Assembly (NCBI GenBank): GCA_038153405.1
Contig: JAYOYH010000042.1
Span: 1 to 33,731 of the forward strand
Reading direction: 5' to 3'
From: Gemmatimonadota bacterium
Lineage (GTDB): Bacteria > Latescibacterota > UBA2968 > UBA8231
DNA length: 33,731 nt
Shown piece after piece: positions 16,953 through 26,702 of the stretch; positions within the stretch are counted from its first letter, which is position 1, and each line of letters starts with the position of its first letter. A model generated the notes under the pieces. The model searched no databases. It was not told the DNA's origin and worked only from the letters and a program-made list of their open reading frames with translations. Position numbers and translations under genes: made by a program.

Positions 16953-19007
16953 ATGAATATACAGTCGATGCGAGAAAATTGGCACATTGGGTCCGCACTG
17001 GTGAGTGTGTGTTTGTATGGTGCTTCTGGCCTCTATTACACCGGTGGGCATTTCAGTCTTCCCCTAGACGATCCCTTTATTTATTTCCAGTATGCGCGCC
17101 AGGCTGCGTCTGGATATGTGCTCCAATACAATACGGGCGATGCGCCGACGGCAGGTGCTACCAGTCTCCTATATATGCTGCTGCTCGTTCCCGCCTTCTG
17201 GATTGGCCTAGATGGCATACAGGTTGTTGTGTACAGCTTGCTGTGGGGGGGGGTTTTCCTCGCGCTCTGCACGCGCGAAATGCGCTTATTGGGCCGTCTT
17301 TTCGCCGACCCCTTTGCCGGGGAGTTGGCGGGTTTGCTCTTTGCGCTGTGTGGGCCCCTGCTCTGGGGCATCCTGAGCGGTATGGAAATAGGTTTGTTCA
17401 GTTTTGCCATCCTATTTTCATTCCGCCAATTGGTAACGGATGGTCGCTGGAAAGTCGTCGCACTGAGCTTGTTGGTATTGGGGCGCCCGGAGGGTGTATT
17501 GCTCTATGGCTTGGCGCTGCTGTGGAAGGGCCTAAAAAGCGGTATGCAATGGAGGTTGGATGGTCCGCTTTTGGTGCCGCTGCTGTTGATTGCAGGTCAG
17601 GCGGTTCTGTACAGGGTGCTTACGGGCGATTGGGGATCGGCGGGTATGGCGGTTAAATGGCTTCCGAGTGGGCCACATTTTTCATGGCCTGAAGCAGTTC
17701 GGGAGATTCTATTTAACTTCACCGAGTTTATCAAGGGGATGTTGGGCGGGTCCTTAGGTGCGCAAACTAGTGTCAATCTCCATGCCTACGATAGCAATGC
17801 TCGCAGGGTGATTTTTGCTCCACTCATGTTTTTGTTCTTTGCATTCGAACTGGCCGGTCGCACGGCCACGGAATGTAAGGAACGGGCCGTGGGGGGAGGA
17901 TTACTCGCCGCACTGTGGTTGTCACTCGGCGTGCTTTCCACGTGCACTTTGGTGGAATACGATGCCCATTTCAACCGCTACCAACAACCTTTTTTCTCGC
18001 TCTTTTTACTGTTTACTGCCATAGGTGTTGCCCGCTTGCGCACCCTTGGTGGTCAGGGGGGGGCCGCGGCGGCGCGCGGTTTGGGTGTTTTCTTTGTGCT
18101 ATGGGGAGGACTTTCGACCAGCTATTTTGCAATCGCCTACGGAGAGAATGCTTCAGACATACATCACATGCAAATGCGCATGGGAGAATTCATAGGTCAA
18201 AATGTGCCTTCCGGAGAGCGCTTAGCCATTAACGATGCCGGCGTCCTGCGCTACTTTGGCCAGCACCGAACAATCGATTTGGTGGGCTTGACTTCAAAAG
18301 GCATGGCCAAGGCATGGCGCAATGGCAGCGGATCGATATACGAAGCACTCGAGCGCATGCCCGAGTCAGCGCGCCCGACGTATTTTGCCGTTTTTCCAAA
18401 CTGGTTCAACTTTCCCTCGGGAGAATTTCTGCGGCCGGTACATTCGGTGCGGCTGCAGCGTCCCTCTATTGTGGACGCAGAGCAAGTGCTCTACCGGGCG
18501 GATTGGCAGCGCGTGAGTACGAGCGCTACGATTGCCTTAGGTGATAAGCCCGCTAGCATGGGGGGATTGGAAGTCGTTGCGCAGCTCGATGTCGCCGACT
18601 TGCAGGACGAAGAGGCCCACGCCTATGTGTCCACGGTGCGCGTAGTCGGAGAAAAAGAGACGAATTTGTTACTGGCACTAGGGGCCGACGATGGATTGTT
18701 AATTGATGGTGGGCGAATGGTGACGGGAAAAGAGCGTTTTTCTGTGCGTTTGCGCCCCGATCGCAACGCGTATATGCATATGCGTACTGCGACCGGTGTT
18801 GCCCAGCAGTTGGTCGTCTTTTGCAACGGAAAGCAGGTGGGGCGAGTGCAGTTTCCGCGAGGGCCTGGACGGGCCTGGCTCGAGCAGCGGATAGCGGTCA
18901 TACCGCCCGAATTGCACAGGGGGGAGGCGCTAATTGAAGTCGTTACAGAAGAGGTCGGCGGTGTCGTGCGTCCCTTTCTTTCCTTCCACTATTGGTTCTT
19001 GCAATAA
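16953..19007 (+). CDS. Multi-pass membrane protein, GT-C-like glycosyltransferase
   Basis: PLDDPFIYFQYA (DD in first loop), GATS.L, SGME, RPEG, DAG...Y and IDLVGL motifs; many TM segments. Confidence 0.7.
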   Translation: MNIQSMRENWHIGSALVSVCLYGASGLYYTGGHFSLPLDDPFIYFQYARQAASGYVLQYNTGDAPTAGATSLLYMLLLVPAFWIGLDGIQVVVYSLLWGGVFLALCTREMRLLGRLFADPFAGELAGLLFALCGPLLWGILSGMEIGLFSFAILFSFRQLVTDGRWKVVALSLLVLGRPEGVLLYGLALLWKGLKSGMQWRLDGPLLVPLLLIAGQAVLYRVLTGDWGSAGMAVKWLPSGPHFSWPEAVREILFNFTEFIKGMLGGSLGAQTSVNLHAYDSNARRVIFAPLMFLFFAFELAGRTATECKERAVGGGLLAALWLSLGVLSTCTLVEYDAHFNRYQQPFFSLFLLFTAIGVARLRTLGGQGGAAAARGLGVFFVLWGGLSTSYFAIAYGENASDIHHMQMRMGEFIGQNVPSGERLAINDAGVLRYFGQHRTIDLVGLTSKGMAKAWRNGSGSIYEALERMPESARPTYFAVFPNWFNFPSGEFLRPVHSVRLQRPSIVDAEQVLYRADWQRVSTSATIALGDKPASMGGLEVVAQLDVADLQDEEAHAYVSTVRVVGEKETNLLLALGADDGLLIDGGRMVTGKERFSVRLRPDRNAYMHMRTATGVAQQLVVFCNGKQVGRVQFPRGPGRAWLEQRIAVIPPELHRGEALIEVVTEEVGGVVRPFLSFHYWFLQ

Positions 19008-19012
19008 ATGGC

Positions 19013-20938
19013 ATGCTAGGTAAGCCGATACAGTGGGTTTTGTTGGTGGCCGCTGCGCTGCGCTTGGTCTATCTGTATCAGATACAGGGAACGCCGCCGG
19101 GCGATGCGCTGCTGATCGATTCGGAATACTATCACTTAGAAGCATTGCGCATTGTGGGCGGGGATTGGCTGGGAGATCGGGTGTTTTTTATGAATCCGTT
19201 CTACCCTTACTTCCTCGCCCTTATTTACGTCCTCTTGGGCGAGTCGACCCTTTGGGTTGGCCTCGTGCAGGTGGGTATGGGAACGGCGCTATGCTGGTTT
19301 GTCTATGCGATCGGGCACACCCTTTGGGGCGAGCGCGTGGGGCTGCTCGCCGCCGCGCTGCTGGCAGGCTACGGAGTGCTCATTTTCTACGATGGCGCGT
19401 TGTTGACGGCGTCGCCCATCGGATTTCTAAACCTGTTTGCGCTCTACCTATTGATCGGGCGCGGTGAGGCGACCCCGGTTCGCTGCTTGAGTGCGGGCCT
19501 TTTGCTGGGACTTTCGACTGCGGCGCGTCCTTCGGTCATGCTCTTTGCCGTTTTCCTGCTGCTTTGGTTTTACGTCGAAGGACGCTACCGCCTTTTAAAA
19601 CAGGGACTGCTGCTGTGGTGTGGAATTTTATTGATCGTTTTACCCGTGGTGCTGCGCAACTATGCCCTTGGAGGAGAATGGGGTCTTACGACCTCCTCTG
19701 CGGGTATGAACTTCTACGTGGGTAACCACCAGCAGGCCACGGGCATTTATGCCCAAGTGCCCTTCCTCACTTCAGCCGAACCCGATCGAGAGCGCGACGA
19801 ATTTGTCCGCGAAGCCGAGCGCCGCTGCCAGTGCGATTTGGGGCCGAGTGGAGCCTCGCGCTATTGGCTGATGCAGGGCTTGGAGTTTATCCGCTCACAG
19901 CCGCTGGACTATGCCAGTCTGCTCCTGCGCAAAGTGTATATGTTTGTCAATCGGGTAGAGTCGCAAAACAACCTCAGCTTTTACTTTACCCGCGATTTTG
20001 CACCCGTACTCCACTGGGTTAAGGCGGGTTGGTGGCTCGTCCTGCCTATGGGGTTGGGCGGATTGATATTCTGTCGTTCAGCGCGTTGCCCGGTGCTGGA
20101 GTTGTATCTGCTGAGCTATTTAGCGGCGTGTTTGCTGTTCTTTGTCTCTTCTGAATATAGGCTGCCGGCTGCTCCTGCTTTGGCACTCTATGCGGCGCGG
20201 TTTATGCTCGACGGGGTTGAGCGAGCCAGAAAGAGCGGTGTGCCATCATTGGGAAGCCGTTTAGTGCTGCTTGTCGCCTTTATGGTTCCCGTCCTCTATG
20301 TGGATAGCGATGCCGCTCGGCTCATGCTTCGCCGGGTGGACTACTACAATTACGGCGTGCTGTATGAGCGCCGTGGCGACCGCAATATCGCCGCTGCTCT
20401 CTTTGCTCAATCGCTGCAAATTGACCCAGCCTTTAGGCCGGCCCGAGCGGCTGCGGACCGGCTGCAGGCCGGAGCAAGCCGCAGGGATAATTGGATGGAA
20501 GAGGGGAGTCGGGCCTATGCAAACGGAGACTATGAGCACGCGCGCGATCTCTATTTGAACGCCGTCGAGAAAGGCAATGTCCAGCCGGAAATATTCAATA
20601 ACTTGGGGCTGGCCCACTACAAATTAGGCGATCTTTCAGCGGCCGAGGCTGCGTTTGAGGAGGCCCTCGCTCGGCGTGAAGAATATGTAAAGGCATACTA
20701 CAACTTGGCTCTGGTGTGTATAGCTAATGGCGCACTCGCACGGGCCGACTCGCTGCTCGATAAGGCCCTCGAAGGCGAACCGAATTACGGACAGGCTCTG
20801 TACAAGAGTGGTGAGCTCGCCGCCATCGCAGGCGATACTGCACGGGCTCTTTCACGCTGGGAGAATTTGCTCTCGTTGGTGGGACAGGATGAAACGCTGC
20901 GATCAAAAATAGATTCTTTGAAAGGGATTGCTCGGTGA
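19013..20938 (+). CDS. ArnT/PMT_2-type membrane glycosyltransferase with C-terminal TPR repeats
   Basis: IDSEYY, PFYPYFLA, RNY...G, GMNFYVGN and EYRLP motifs. TPRs FNNLGLAHYKLG and AYYNLALV. Confidence 0.82.
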   Translation: MLGKPIQWVLLVAAALRLVYLYQIQGTPPGDALLIDSEYYHLEALRIVGGDWLGDRVFFMNPFYPYFLALIYVLLGESTLWVGLVQVGMGTALCWFVYAIGHTLWGERVGLLAAALLAGYGVLIFYDGALLTASPIGFLNLFALYLLIGRGEATPVRCLSAGLLLGLSTAARPSVMLFAVFLLLWFYVEGRYRLLKQGLLLWCGILLIVLPVVLRNYALGGEWGLTTSSAGMNFYVGNHQQATGIYAQVPFLTSAEPDRERDEFVREAERRCQCDLGPSGASRYWLMQGLEFIRSQPLDYASLLLRKVYMFVNRVESQNNLSFYFTRDFAPVLHWVKAGWWLVLPMGLGGLIFCRSARCPVLELYLLSYLAACLLFFVSSEYRLPAAPALALYAARFMLDGVERARKSGVPSLGSRLVLLVAFMVPVLYVDSDAARLMLRRVDYYNYGVLYERRGDRNIAAALFAQSLQIDPAFRPARAAADRLQAGASRRDNWMEEGSRAYANGDYEHARDLYLNAVEKGNVQPEIFNNLGLAHYKLGDLSAAEAAFEEALARREEYVKAYYNLALVCIANGALARADSLLDKALEGEPNYGQALYKSGELAAIAGDTARALSRWENLLSLVGQDETLRSKIDSLKGIAR

Positions 20939-23103
20939 ATACCGGAGAGCCCGCAGGCCCTTTTATTCGAATCCGGGGTGCGCGCGAAGGGGGACTGCAG
21001 GCGGTTGATGTCGACATTCCACTCGGCGCGATCAGCTGTGTACTCGGCCCCAGCGGCAGCGGTCATCGGGTAGTGCTGGAGCGCATACTAAGCGGAGAGA
21101 GTCGCGCGCGCTATATGCAGGCCCTGGCCCCGTCCCAGCGCGAAGGGTTAGTTGGGGGTTTTCGCGTCGATGTCGACTCCGTTTCAGGACTGCCGCCAGT
21201 AATAAACTATTTGCACGGTAATAAAATCCCTTCGGGTACTGTCGCCTCCTACATGGGAATCGAGCGGCTACTCGCACATCACTTTCTTACGCGCGGGCAC
21301 TGGCGTTGCCCATCCTGCGGTGGCCGCTGTGCTGCTTATAGGGCGGAGGAAGTCGAGGGCGCAGTGCGAGCGCAGGTTGGAGATGGGCAGGTGACGGTTC
21401 TCGCTCCCCTACGGGAATCGGCGGCTAGTGGTGGGCCATCCCTTTGGGGGGAACTGCGCCGCGCCGGCTTCGTCCGAGTTCGCATCGACGGAGAAATCAG
21501 CCGCCTCGACGGGGATACGAGTAGTTGGAGCCCCGAACGGGTGGAAGTGGTCGTAGACCGCCTGCGAACGGGAGGAGATAGTGGGCGCCGCTTTCTCGAA
21601 GCCATTCGATCGGCTCGCGCCATATCGCGGGGGGCCAGTCTGATCCTCGACTCAAATGAGCGCATATGGCCCATGAATCAGTCGCTAACCTGCCAGGTGT
21701 GTGCACGGGAACTCGGCGATATTTCACAGGATATGCTGCTGCGCGAGGATCCGCGTGCCGAGCACCTATATATAGAAGAGCATCCGTGGTCCCAAACCCG
21801 AAAAGAGACGGTGCGCATCGTCGATGCCGTGCTCGCTGCAACGGGGGAGCAAATAGTGCGTTTAGTCCTCGCCGAATTGTGTCAACTCGGTTTGCACCAC
21901 CTACCACTTGGACAACCGCTTTCGACGCTGTCGCACAGCGAATGGCAGCGTCTGCGCCTTGCTTTCTGTCTGTGTTCGCGCATGGCGGGGATTCTCTACG
22001 TTTTTGAAGGGGTGGTTAGCTGCGTGGAAGGCGCGCTGCGCAGCGCCGTACTCGGGGCTTTGCAGCGCTTGGTCGAGGGGGGCAATGCGGTCGTTCTGGT
22101 CGATGCGGCATCCGAAGCGCAGCGTATCGCTAGTAGGGTCTGGGAGTTCTCCGAGGGGCGGTGTCGCGCGCTGGGCGACCTGCTACATCTCGGCGGGATA
22201 GAGGACGAACTGCATGCGGGCGATGGCGTCTGCTGGCAGTTGGCCGGTGAGGGCGCTTGGGGTAAAATCGACATTAGACTTCCACAGGGCGCCATCATCG
22301 GCATTGTGGGAGAATCCGGTAGCGGTAAAACCCGTTTTTTGCTGGACGCGGTCGAACCGGCCCTGCGCGAGAAGAATACCCCCTATCGGGCCCTACTCTC
22401 CGCGCGCAAGCCGCGGGTGCACGTCCCTCTGCGCGCGCTAGGGCGGCAAACGCTGCTCGAAGCGCTCGGGATCCACGTTCCTGTAGCCGAACTCTTTGCG
22501 ACTGCCCCAATGGGCGTCGAGTTGGGATATCCCAGCGAATTTTATCGCACCGACAAATCCGGTGGGCGCTGTCCGGCCTGTTCTGGGCGCGGTCGAACAG
22601 CGCTCGACCTAGATTTTATCGAAGATGTGGAATCAATCTGTTCGGTCTGTGCGGGTTCCCGCTTTCGCGACGAGGTGCTGCAGGTGACCTACCGCGGATT
22701 ACACGTGGGGCACGTGCTGGAAATGAATCTGGGTAGAGCGCGTCAGGTATTTGCTCGGCAAAAGAATATCGCCAATCGCCTGCGCTGGGTAGAGCACAGC
22801 GATTTGGACTATCTTCCACTCGGCGTCGACACGGATCAGTTGGAGTGGGGGGAGTCCCTGCGCCTTCAGTTGGCAATGGCCCTGAAGGGAAAGGCCTCAG
22901 ATCGCGACCTCATTTTAATAGACCATCTGACGCCCGGTATGCATCCGCGAGAGGTCGAGCAAATCGTCTCCCTGCTAAAGCGCATTGCGCTGATGGGCGG
23001 AACCGTATTGGTAGCAGATGCGCATCCCCACGTGCTCAGTGCCTGCGCTGCGCTGGTTCGCATCGGGAGAGAAAATGGTCAGCGCACCGCAAGAACCATC
23101 TGA
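20935..23103 (+). CDS. Shortened, degenerate UvrA-like protein
   Basis: IRIRGARE..L..VDVDIP, ESRARYMQAL, VDSVSGLPP, GFVRVRIDGE, VEVVVDRL, GRCPACSGRG..CSVCAGSRF and LDYLPLG motifs. 722 aa with altered ABC motifs. Confidence 0.85.
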   Translation: MNTGEPAGPFIRIRGAREGGLQAVDVDIPLGAISCVLGPSGSGHRVVLERILSGESRARYMQALAPSQREGLVGGFRVDVDSVSGLPPVINYLHGNKIPSGTVASYMGIERLLAHHFLTRGHWRCPSCGGRCAAYRAEEVEGAVRAQVGDGQVTVLAPLRESAASGGPSLWGELRRAGFVRVRIDGEISRLDGDTSSWSPERVEVVVDRLRTGGDSGRRFLEAIRSARAISRGASLILDSNERIWPMNQSLTCQVCARELGDISQDMLLREDPRAEHLYIEEHPWSQTRKETVRIVDAVLAATGEQIVRLVLAELCQLGLHHLPLGQPLSTLSHSEWQRLRLAFCLCSRMAGILYVFEGVVSCVEGALRSAVLGALQRLVEGGNAVVLVDAASEAQRIASRVWEFSEGRCRALGDLLHLGGIEDELHAGDGVCWQLAGEGAWGKIDIRLPQGAIIGIVGESGSGKTRFLLDAVEPALREKNTPYRALLSARKPRVHVPLRALGRQTLLEALGIHVPVAELFATAPMGVELGYPSEFYRTDKSGGRCPACSGRGRTALDLDFIEDVESICSVCAGSRFRDEVLQVTYRGLHVGHVLEMNLGRARQVFARQKNIANRLRWVEHSDLDYLPLGVDTDQLEWGESLRLQLAMALKGKASDRDLILIDHLTPGMHPREVEQIVSLLKRIALMGGTVLVADAHPHVLSACAALVRIGRENGQRTARTI

Positions 23104-23155
23104 AGGGCAAGTGGCGAACTTGGGTTTTGTTGGGGGAAGAGGGAGCGTAGGCTTC

Positions 23156-23185
23156 TTGACTATATGGGAACTGCATGTGTATAAT
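23156..23185 (+). promoter_or_regulatory. Sigma70-type promoter of the CBS-korAB operon
   Basis: TTGACT-N18-TATAAT, 41 bp upstream of the ATG at 23227. Confidence 0.7.
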
Positions 23186-23226
23186 TAAACGATTGTGCCA
23201 CTGCTTTTTGACCGATCGGAACGCCC

Positions 23227-23694
23227 ATGCAGATCGTTGACAGGCTTCGCCAAGAAAACGTGTCTAGGCTCGATTTGAGTCACTTCGCCAGCTGTGCAGC
23301 TGACCGCGCCGTGGCCGATGTCCTCAAACTCATGCGCACGGAAAAAATCAGCGCCGTCTTTATAGTTGAAAACGACAAACTGCTAGGCGTATTTACCGAG
23401 CGCGACGTGCTCACCAAGATCGCCGATGCGCCAGACACCTGGCGACGCCCCGTTGCGGAGTTTATGACCCCTTCGCCCCAGGTCATAGGCAGCGATCGGC
23501 CGATCAGCGAGGCGCTGCGCCTGATGAACGATGGCCACTATCGCAATTTGCCCATCACCGACGCCGACGGTCGCGTCACGGGCAATTTACCGCATATCGA
23601 AGTCATCCGTTTTCTGGCCGACCAGTTTCCCCGAGAAGTCTATAATTTACCGCCCGACCCCGACCGCGTAGCTACTACCAAAGAAGGGGCATAA
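23227..23694 (+). CDS. CBS-domain pair protein
   Basis: LLGVFTERDVL, VAEFMTPSP and ALRLMNDGHYRNLPI motifs. Confidence 0.92.
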   Translation: MQIVDRLRQENVSRLDLSHFASCAADRAVADVLKLMRTEKISAVFIVENDKLLGVFTERDVLTKIADAPDTWRRPVAEFMTPSPQVIGSDRPISEALRLMNDGHYRNLPITDADGRVTGNLPHIEVIRFLADQFPREVYNLPPDPDRVATTKEGA

Positions 23695-23777
23695 ACGGGC
23701 ATGTCGCGCTGTCGCCCAACCGATTTTTGCCAGTTTTTTCCCTTGCAACGTCCACCTATACAGGAGGTCCTGAATTA

Positions 23778-25652
23778 ATGGCCGAGACTACGGCCCCTTC
23801 GGCGCTTTCCGATGAACACCAGCCCATAGACGAGCGGAAGTCCGTCGTCATTCTGTTTTCCGGCGACTCGGGAGACGGCATGCAGTTGACGGGCGACCAA
23901 TTTACCAATACCTCTGCCGTTTTGGGCAACGACGTCAGCACCTTTCCCGATTTTCCCGCTGAGATACGCGCTCCTGCTGGGACGATTCCAGGTCTGAGTG
24001 GTTTTCAGGTCAATTTTTCTTCTGACGAGCTCTATACCGCGGGCGATTCACCGCAGGTTTTGGTGGCGATGAACCCCGCCGCTCTTAAAGCGAATCTGTC
24101 TGAACTCGAGCCTGGGGGGGTCATTATCGTCAATACCGATGCCTTTACGCGCAACAACTTGCGCAAGGCCGGCTACGATGCCAATCCTCTCGATGGACCG
24201 GGCGCTTTTAGCGGGTATGATTTGCACCAAGTTCCGCTTACGACGCTGACCCGCAATGCGCTAGAAGACATCGACAGCTTGTCGACGCAGGCGCGCGATA
24301 AGTGCAAGAATGCCTTTGCCCTCGGCTTGGTATACTGGATGTTTTCTCGGCCGCTAGAGACGACCGTGCGATTTTACGAGACCAAGTTCGCCAAAAACCC
24401 CGATATCGTCGAAGCGAATACGCGCGCACTTAAGGCGGGCTACAATTACGGTCTGACGGCCGAGACCTTCAGCGCGCGCGTTAGCGTGCCGAGCCGAGCC
24501 GTGGTGGAGCCGGGGGTTTATCGGCGCATAACGGGCAACGAGGCCGTGGTCTACGGGTTGGTAACGGCCGCTAAAAAGGCGCATATCCCCCTCTTCTACG
24601 GCTCGTATCCCATCACCCCAGCTAGTCCGATCTTAGAGGGGCTGGCTGCCCTGAAGAATTTCAACGTGCGCACGTTTCAGGCTGAAGACGAAATCGCCGC
24701 CATGGGGTCGGTTATTGGTGCGGCCTTTGCGGGTTCGCTCGCGGCGACGGCCAGCAGTGGACCGGGTATCGCCCTCAAAAGCGAAGCCATCAACTTAGGC
24801 GTGGTGATGGAACTGCCGATGGTTATCATCAACGTCCAGCGCGGCGGGCCGAGCACGGGGTTGCCGACCAAGACGGAGCAGGCCGATTTACTCGAAGTGA
24901 TGTTCGGCCGCAACGGCGAAAGTCCCATTCCCATTATTGCTCCGGCAACGCCCAGCGAGTGCTTTGCCTACACGGTTGAAGCATGCCGCATTGCCATTCG
25001 CCACATGACACCGGTTTTCTTGCTGACCGATGGCTATATCGCCAATAGCTCGGAGCCGTGGAAAATTCCCGCCGTAGATGAAATCGAAGATTTTGCGGTG
25101 ACCTATCGCACCGATCCGGAGGGATATCAGCCTTACATGCGCAACGGCGAAACGCTGGCGCGGCCCTGGGTTGTCCCGGGTACGCTCGGCATGGAACACC
25201 GCATTGGTGGGCTGGGTAAACAGGATGTGACGGGCAATGTGTCCTACGCGCCGGAAGACCACGAACACATCGTCAAAACCCGCGCCGCGAAGGTGGCGCG
25301 CGTGGCCAATTTCATACCCGACTTGAGCATTGACGGTCCGGAAGAAGGCGATCTGCTCGTGCTGGGGTGGGGGGGCACCTACGGGGCGATACGCGAAGCG
25401 GTCGCGCGCAGCCAGGCCAGTGGCTACAGCGTAGCGCGCGGACATTTGCGCTACCTGAATCCCTTTCCGCCTAATCTTGCCGACGTGCTGGGCAGATACA
25501 AACAAATACTTGTTCCCGAGCTAAATATGGGCCAGCTATCCTTTCTTCTACAGGCTCTTTTTGCCATGCGAGTTGAAAAGCTGAACAAGGTGCAAGGAAG
25601 GCCCTTTCAAATACGCGAAATCACAGCCAAGATTGAGGAAATGCTAGGCTAG
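23778..25652 (+). CDS. korA: 2-oxoacid:acceptor (ferredoxin) oxidoreductase alpha subunit
   Basis: GDSGDGMQLTG, PAEIRAP, YPITP, QAEDEIAA, QRGGPSTGLPTKTEQ and EHRIGG motifs. AGGAGG RBS before ATG at 23778. Confidence 0.95.
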   Translation: MAETTAPSALSDEHQPIDERKSVVILFSGDSGDGMQLTGDQFTNTSAVLGNDVSTFPDFPAEIRAPAGTIPGLSGFQVNFSSDELYTAGDSPQVLVAMNPAALKANLSELEPGGVIIVNTDAFTRNNLRKAGYDANPLDGPGAFSGYDLHQVPLTTLTRNALEDIDSLSTQARDKCKNAFALGLVYWMFSRPLETTVRFYETKFAKNPDIVEANTRALKAGYNYGLTAETFSARVSVPSRAVVEPGVYRRITGNEAVVYGLVTAAKKAHIPLFYGSYPITPASPILEGLAALKNFNVRTFQAEDEIAAMGSVIGAAFAGSLAATASSGPGIALKSEAINLGVVMELPMVIINVQRGGPSTGLPTKTEQADLLEVMFGRNGESPIPIIAPATPSECFAYTVEACRIAIRHMTPVFLLTDGYIANSSEPWKIPAVDEIEDFAVTYRTDPEGYQPYMRNGETLARPWVVPGTLGMEHRIGGLGKQDVTGNVSYAPEDHEHIVKTRAAKVARVANFIPDLSIDGPEEGDLLVLGWGGTYGAIREAVARSQASGYSVARGHLRYLNPFPPNLADVLGRYKQILVPELNMGQLSFLLQALFAMRVEKLNKVQGRPFQIREITAKIEEMLG

Positions 25653-25671
25653 GACCAGGAGAGTAAAAAAA

Positions 25672-26691
25672 ATGAGCGAAGTAGTAGAGCAACAACCCCT
25701 GACGCGCAAAGATTTTGTATCCGATCAGGAAGTGCGCTGGTGTCCAGGCTGTGGCGATTACGCCATACTAGCACAAATGCAGAAAGTGTTGCCGGAAATC
25801 GGCGTGCCCAGAGAAAATATTGTGTTTGTTTCGGGGATCGGCTGTTCAAGCCGTTTTCCGTACTACATGAATACCTACGGAATTCACTCAATCCACGGGC
25901 GGGCGCCCACCATTGCTACCGGCGTCAAGGCCGCTAATCCCGATCTGAGCGTCTGGGTTATCACCGGCGACGGCGATGCACTGTCTATCGGTGGCAATCA
26001 CTTCCTCCACTGCCTGCGCCGCAATGTCGACCTGAAGGTCATCCTATTCAACAACCGCATCTACGGGTTGACTAAAGGTCAATACTCGCCCACTTCGCTG
26101 CCTGGACATCGCACCAAGTCTTCGCCGATGGGTTCGATCGACTATCCGCTGCATCCGGTATCTGTCGCCATCAGTGCAGAGGCTACATTTGTCGCTCGCA
26201 CTCAGGATACCAATACAAAGCACCTCAGTGAAGTATTGCAGCGGGCCGCTGCGCACCGGGGCACCGCCTTTGTCGAAATTTACCAAAACTGCGTGGTCTT
26301 TAATCCGACTGCCTGGGATCACACGACCGATTCCGAAGTGCGCGACGACAATATCGTTTTCCTAGAAGACGGCAAACCGCTGGTCTTTGGTCGCGAGAGC
26401 GATAAGGGAATACGCATGAATGGCATGGAGCCTGAAGTCGTCGACCTGGCTGAAGTTGACGAAAGCGAATTGGTCGTGCATCGAGAAGACGTCGACAATG
26501 CCAGTTATGCCTATATGCTCAGTCGCATGGAAAACCCGGAGATGCCGCTGCCCTTTGGCGTGTTGCGTGCGGTATCGCGCCCGTCCTACACCGATATGAT
26601 GGTGGACCAGGTGAACGGCGCAATTCAACAGCGTGGAGAGGGCGATCTGCACGATCTCTTCACCAGCGGAGATACCTGGACCGTAGAATAA
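25672..26691 (+). CDS. korB: 2-oxoacid:ferredoxin oxidoreductase beta subunit
   Basis: WCPGCGD, SGIGCS, HSIHGR and the GDGD...NN TPP motif; YGLTKGQYSPT. Confidence 0.95.
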   Translation: MSEVVEQQPLTRKDFVSDQEVRWCPGCGDYAILAQMQKVLPEIGVPRENIVFVSGIGCSSRFPYYMNTYGIHSIHGRAPTIATGVKAANPDLSVWVITGDGDALSIGGNHFLHCLRRNVDLKVILFNNRIYGLTKGQYSPTSLPGHRTKSSPMGSIDYPLHPVSVAISAEATFVARTQDTNTKHLSEVLQRAAAHRGTAFVEIYQNCVVFNPTAWDHTTDSEVRDDNIVFLEDGKPLVFGRESDKGIRMNGMEPEVVDLAEVDESELVVHREDVDNASYAYMLSRMENPEMPLPFGVLRAVSRPSYTDMMVDQVNGAIQQRGEGDLHDLFTSGDTWTVE

Positions 26692-26702
26692 GGAGGTTGC
26701 CC

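Noticed and set aside
16904..17656. 250-aa alternate-frame ORF
   Set aside because: Lies within the GT-C gene; composition typical of an off-frame read.
20935..23103. Calling this gene canonical uvrA or a pseudogene
   Set aside because: Too short and motif-degenerate for canonical UvrA, yet uninterrupted and coupled to its neighbour.
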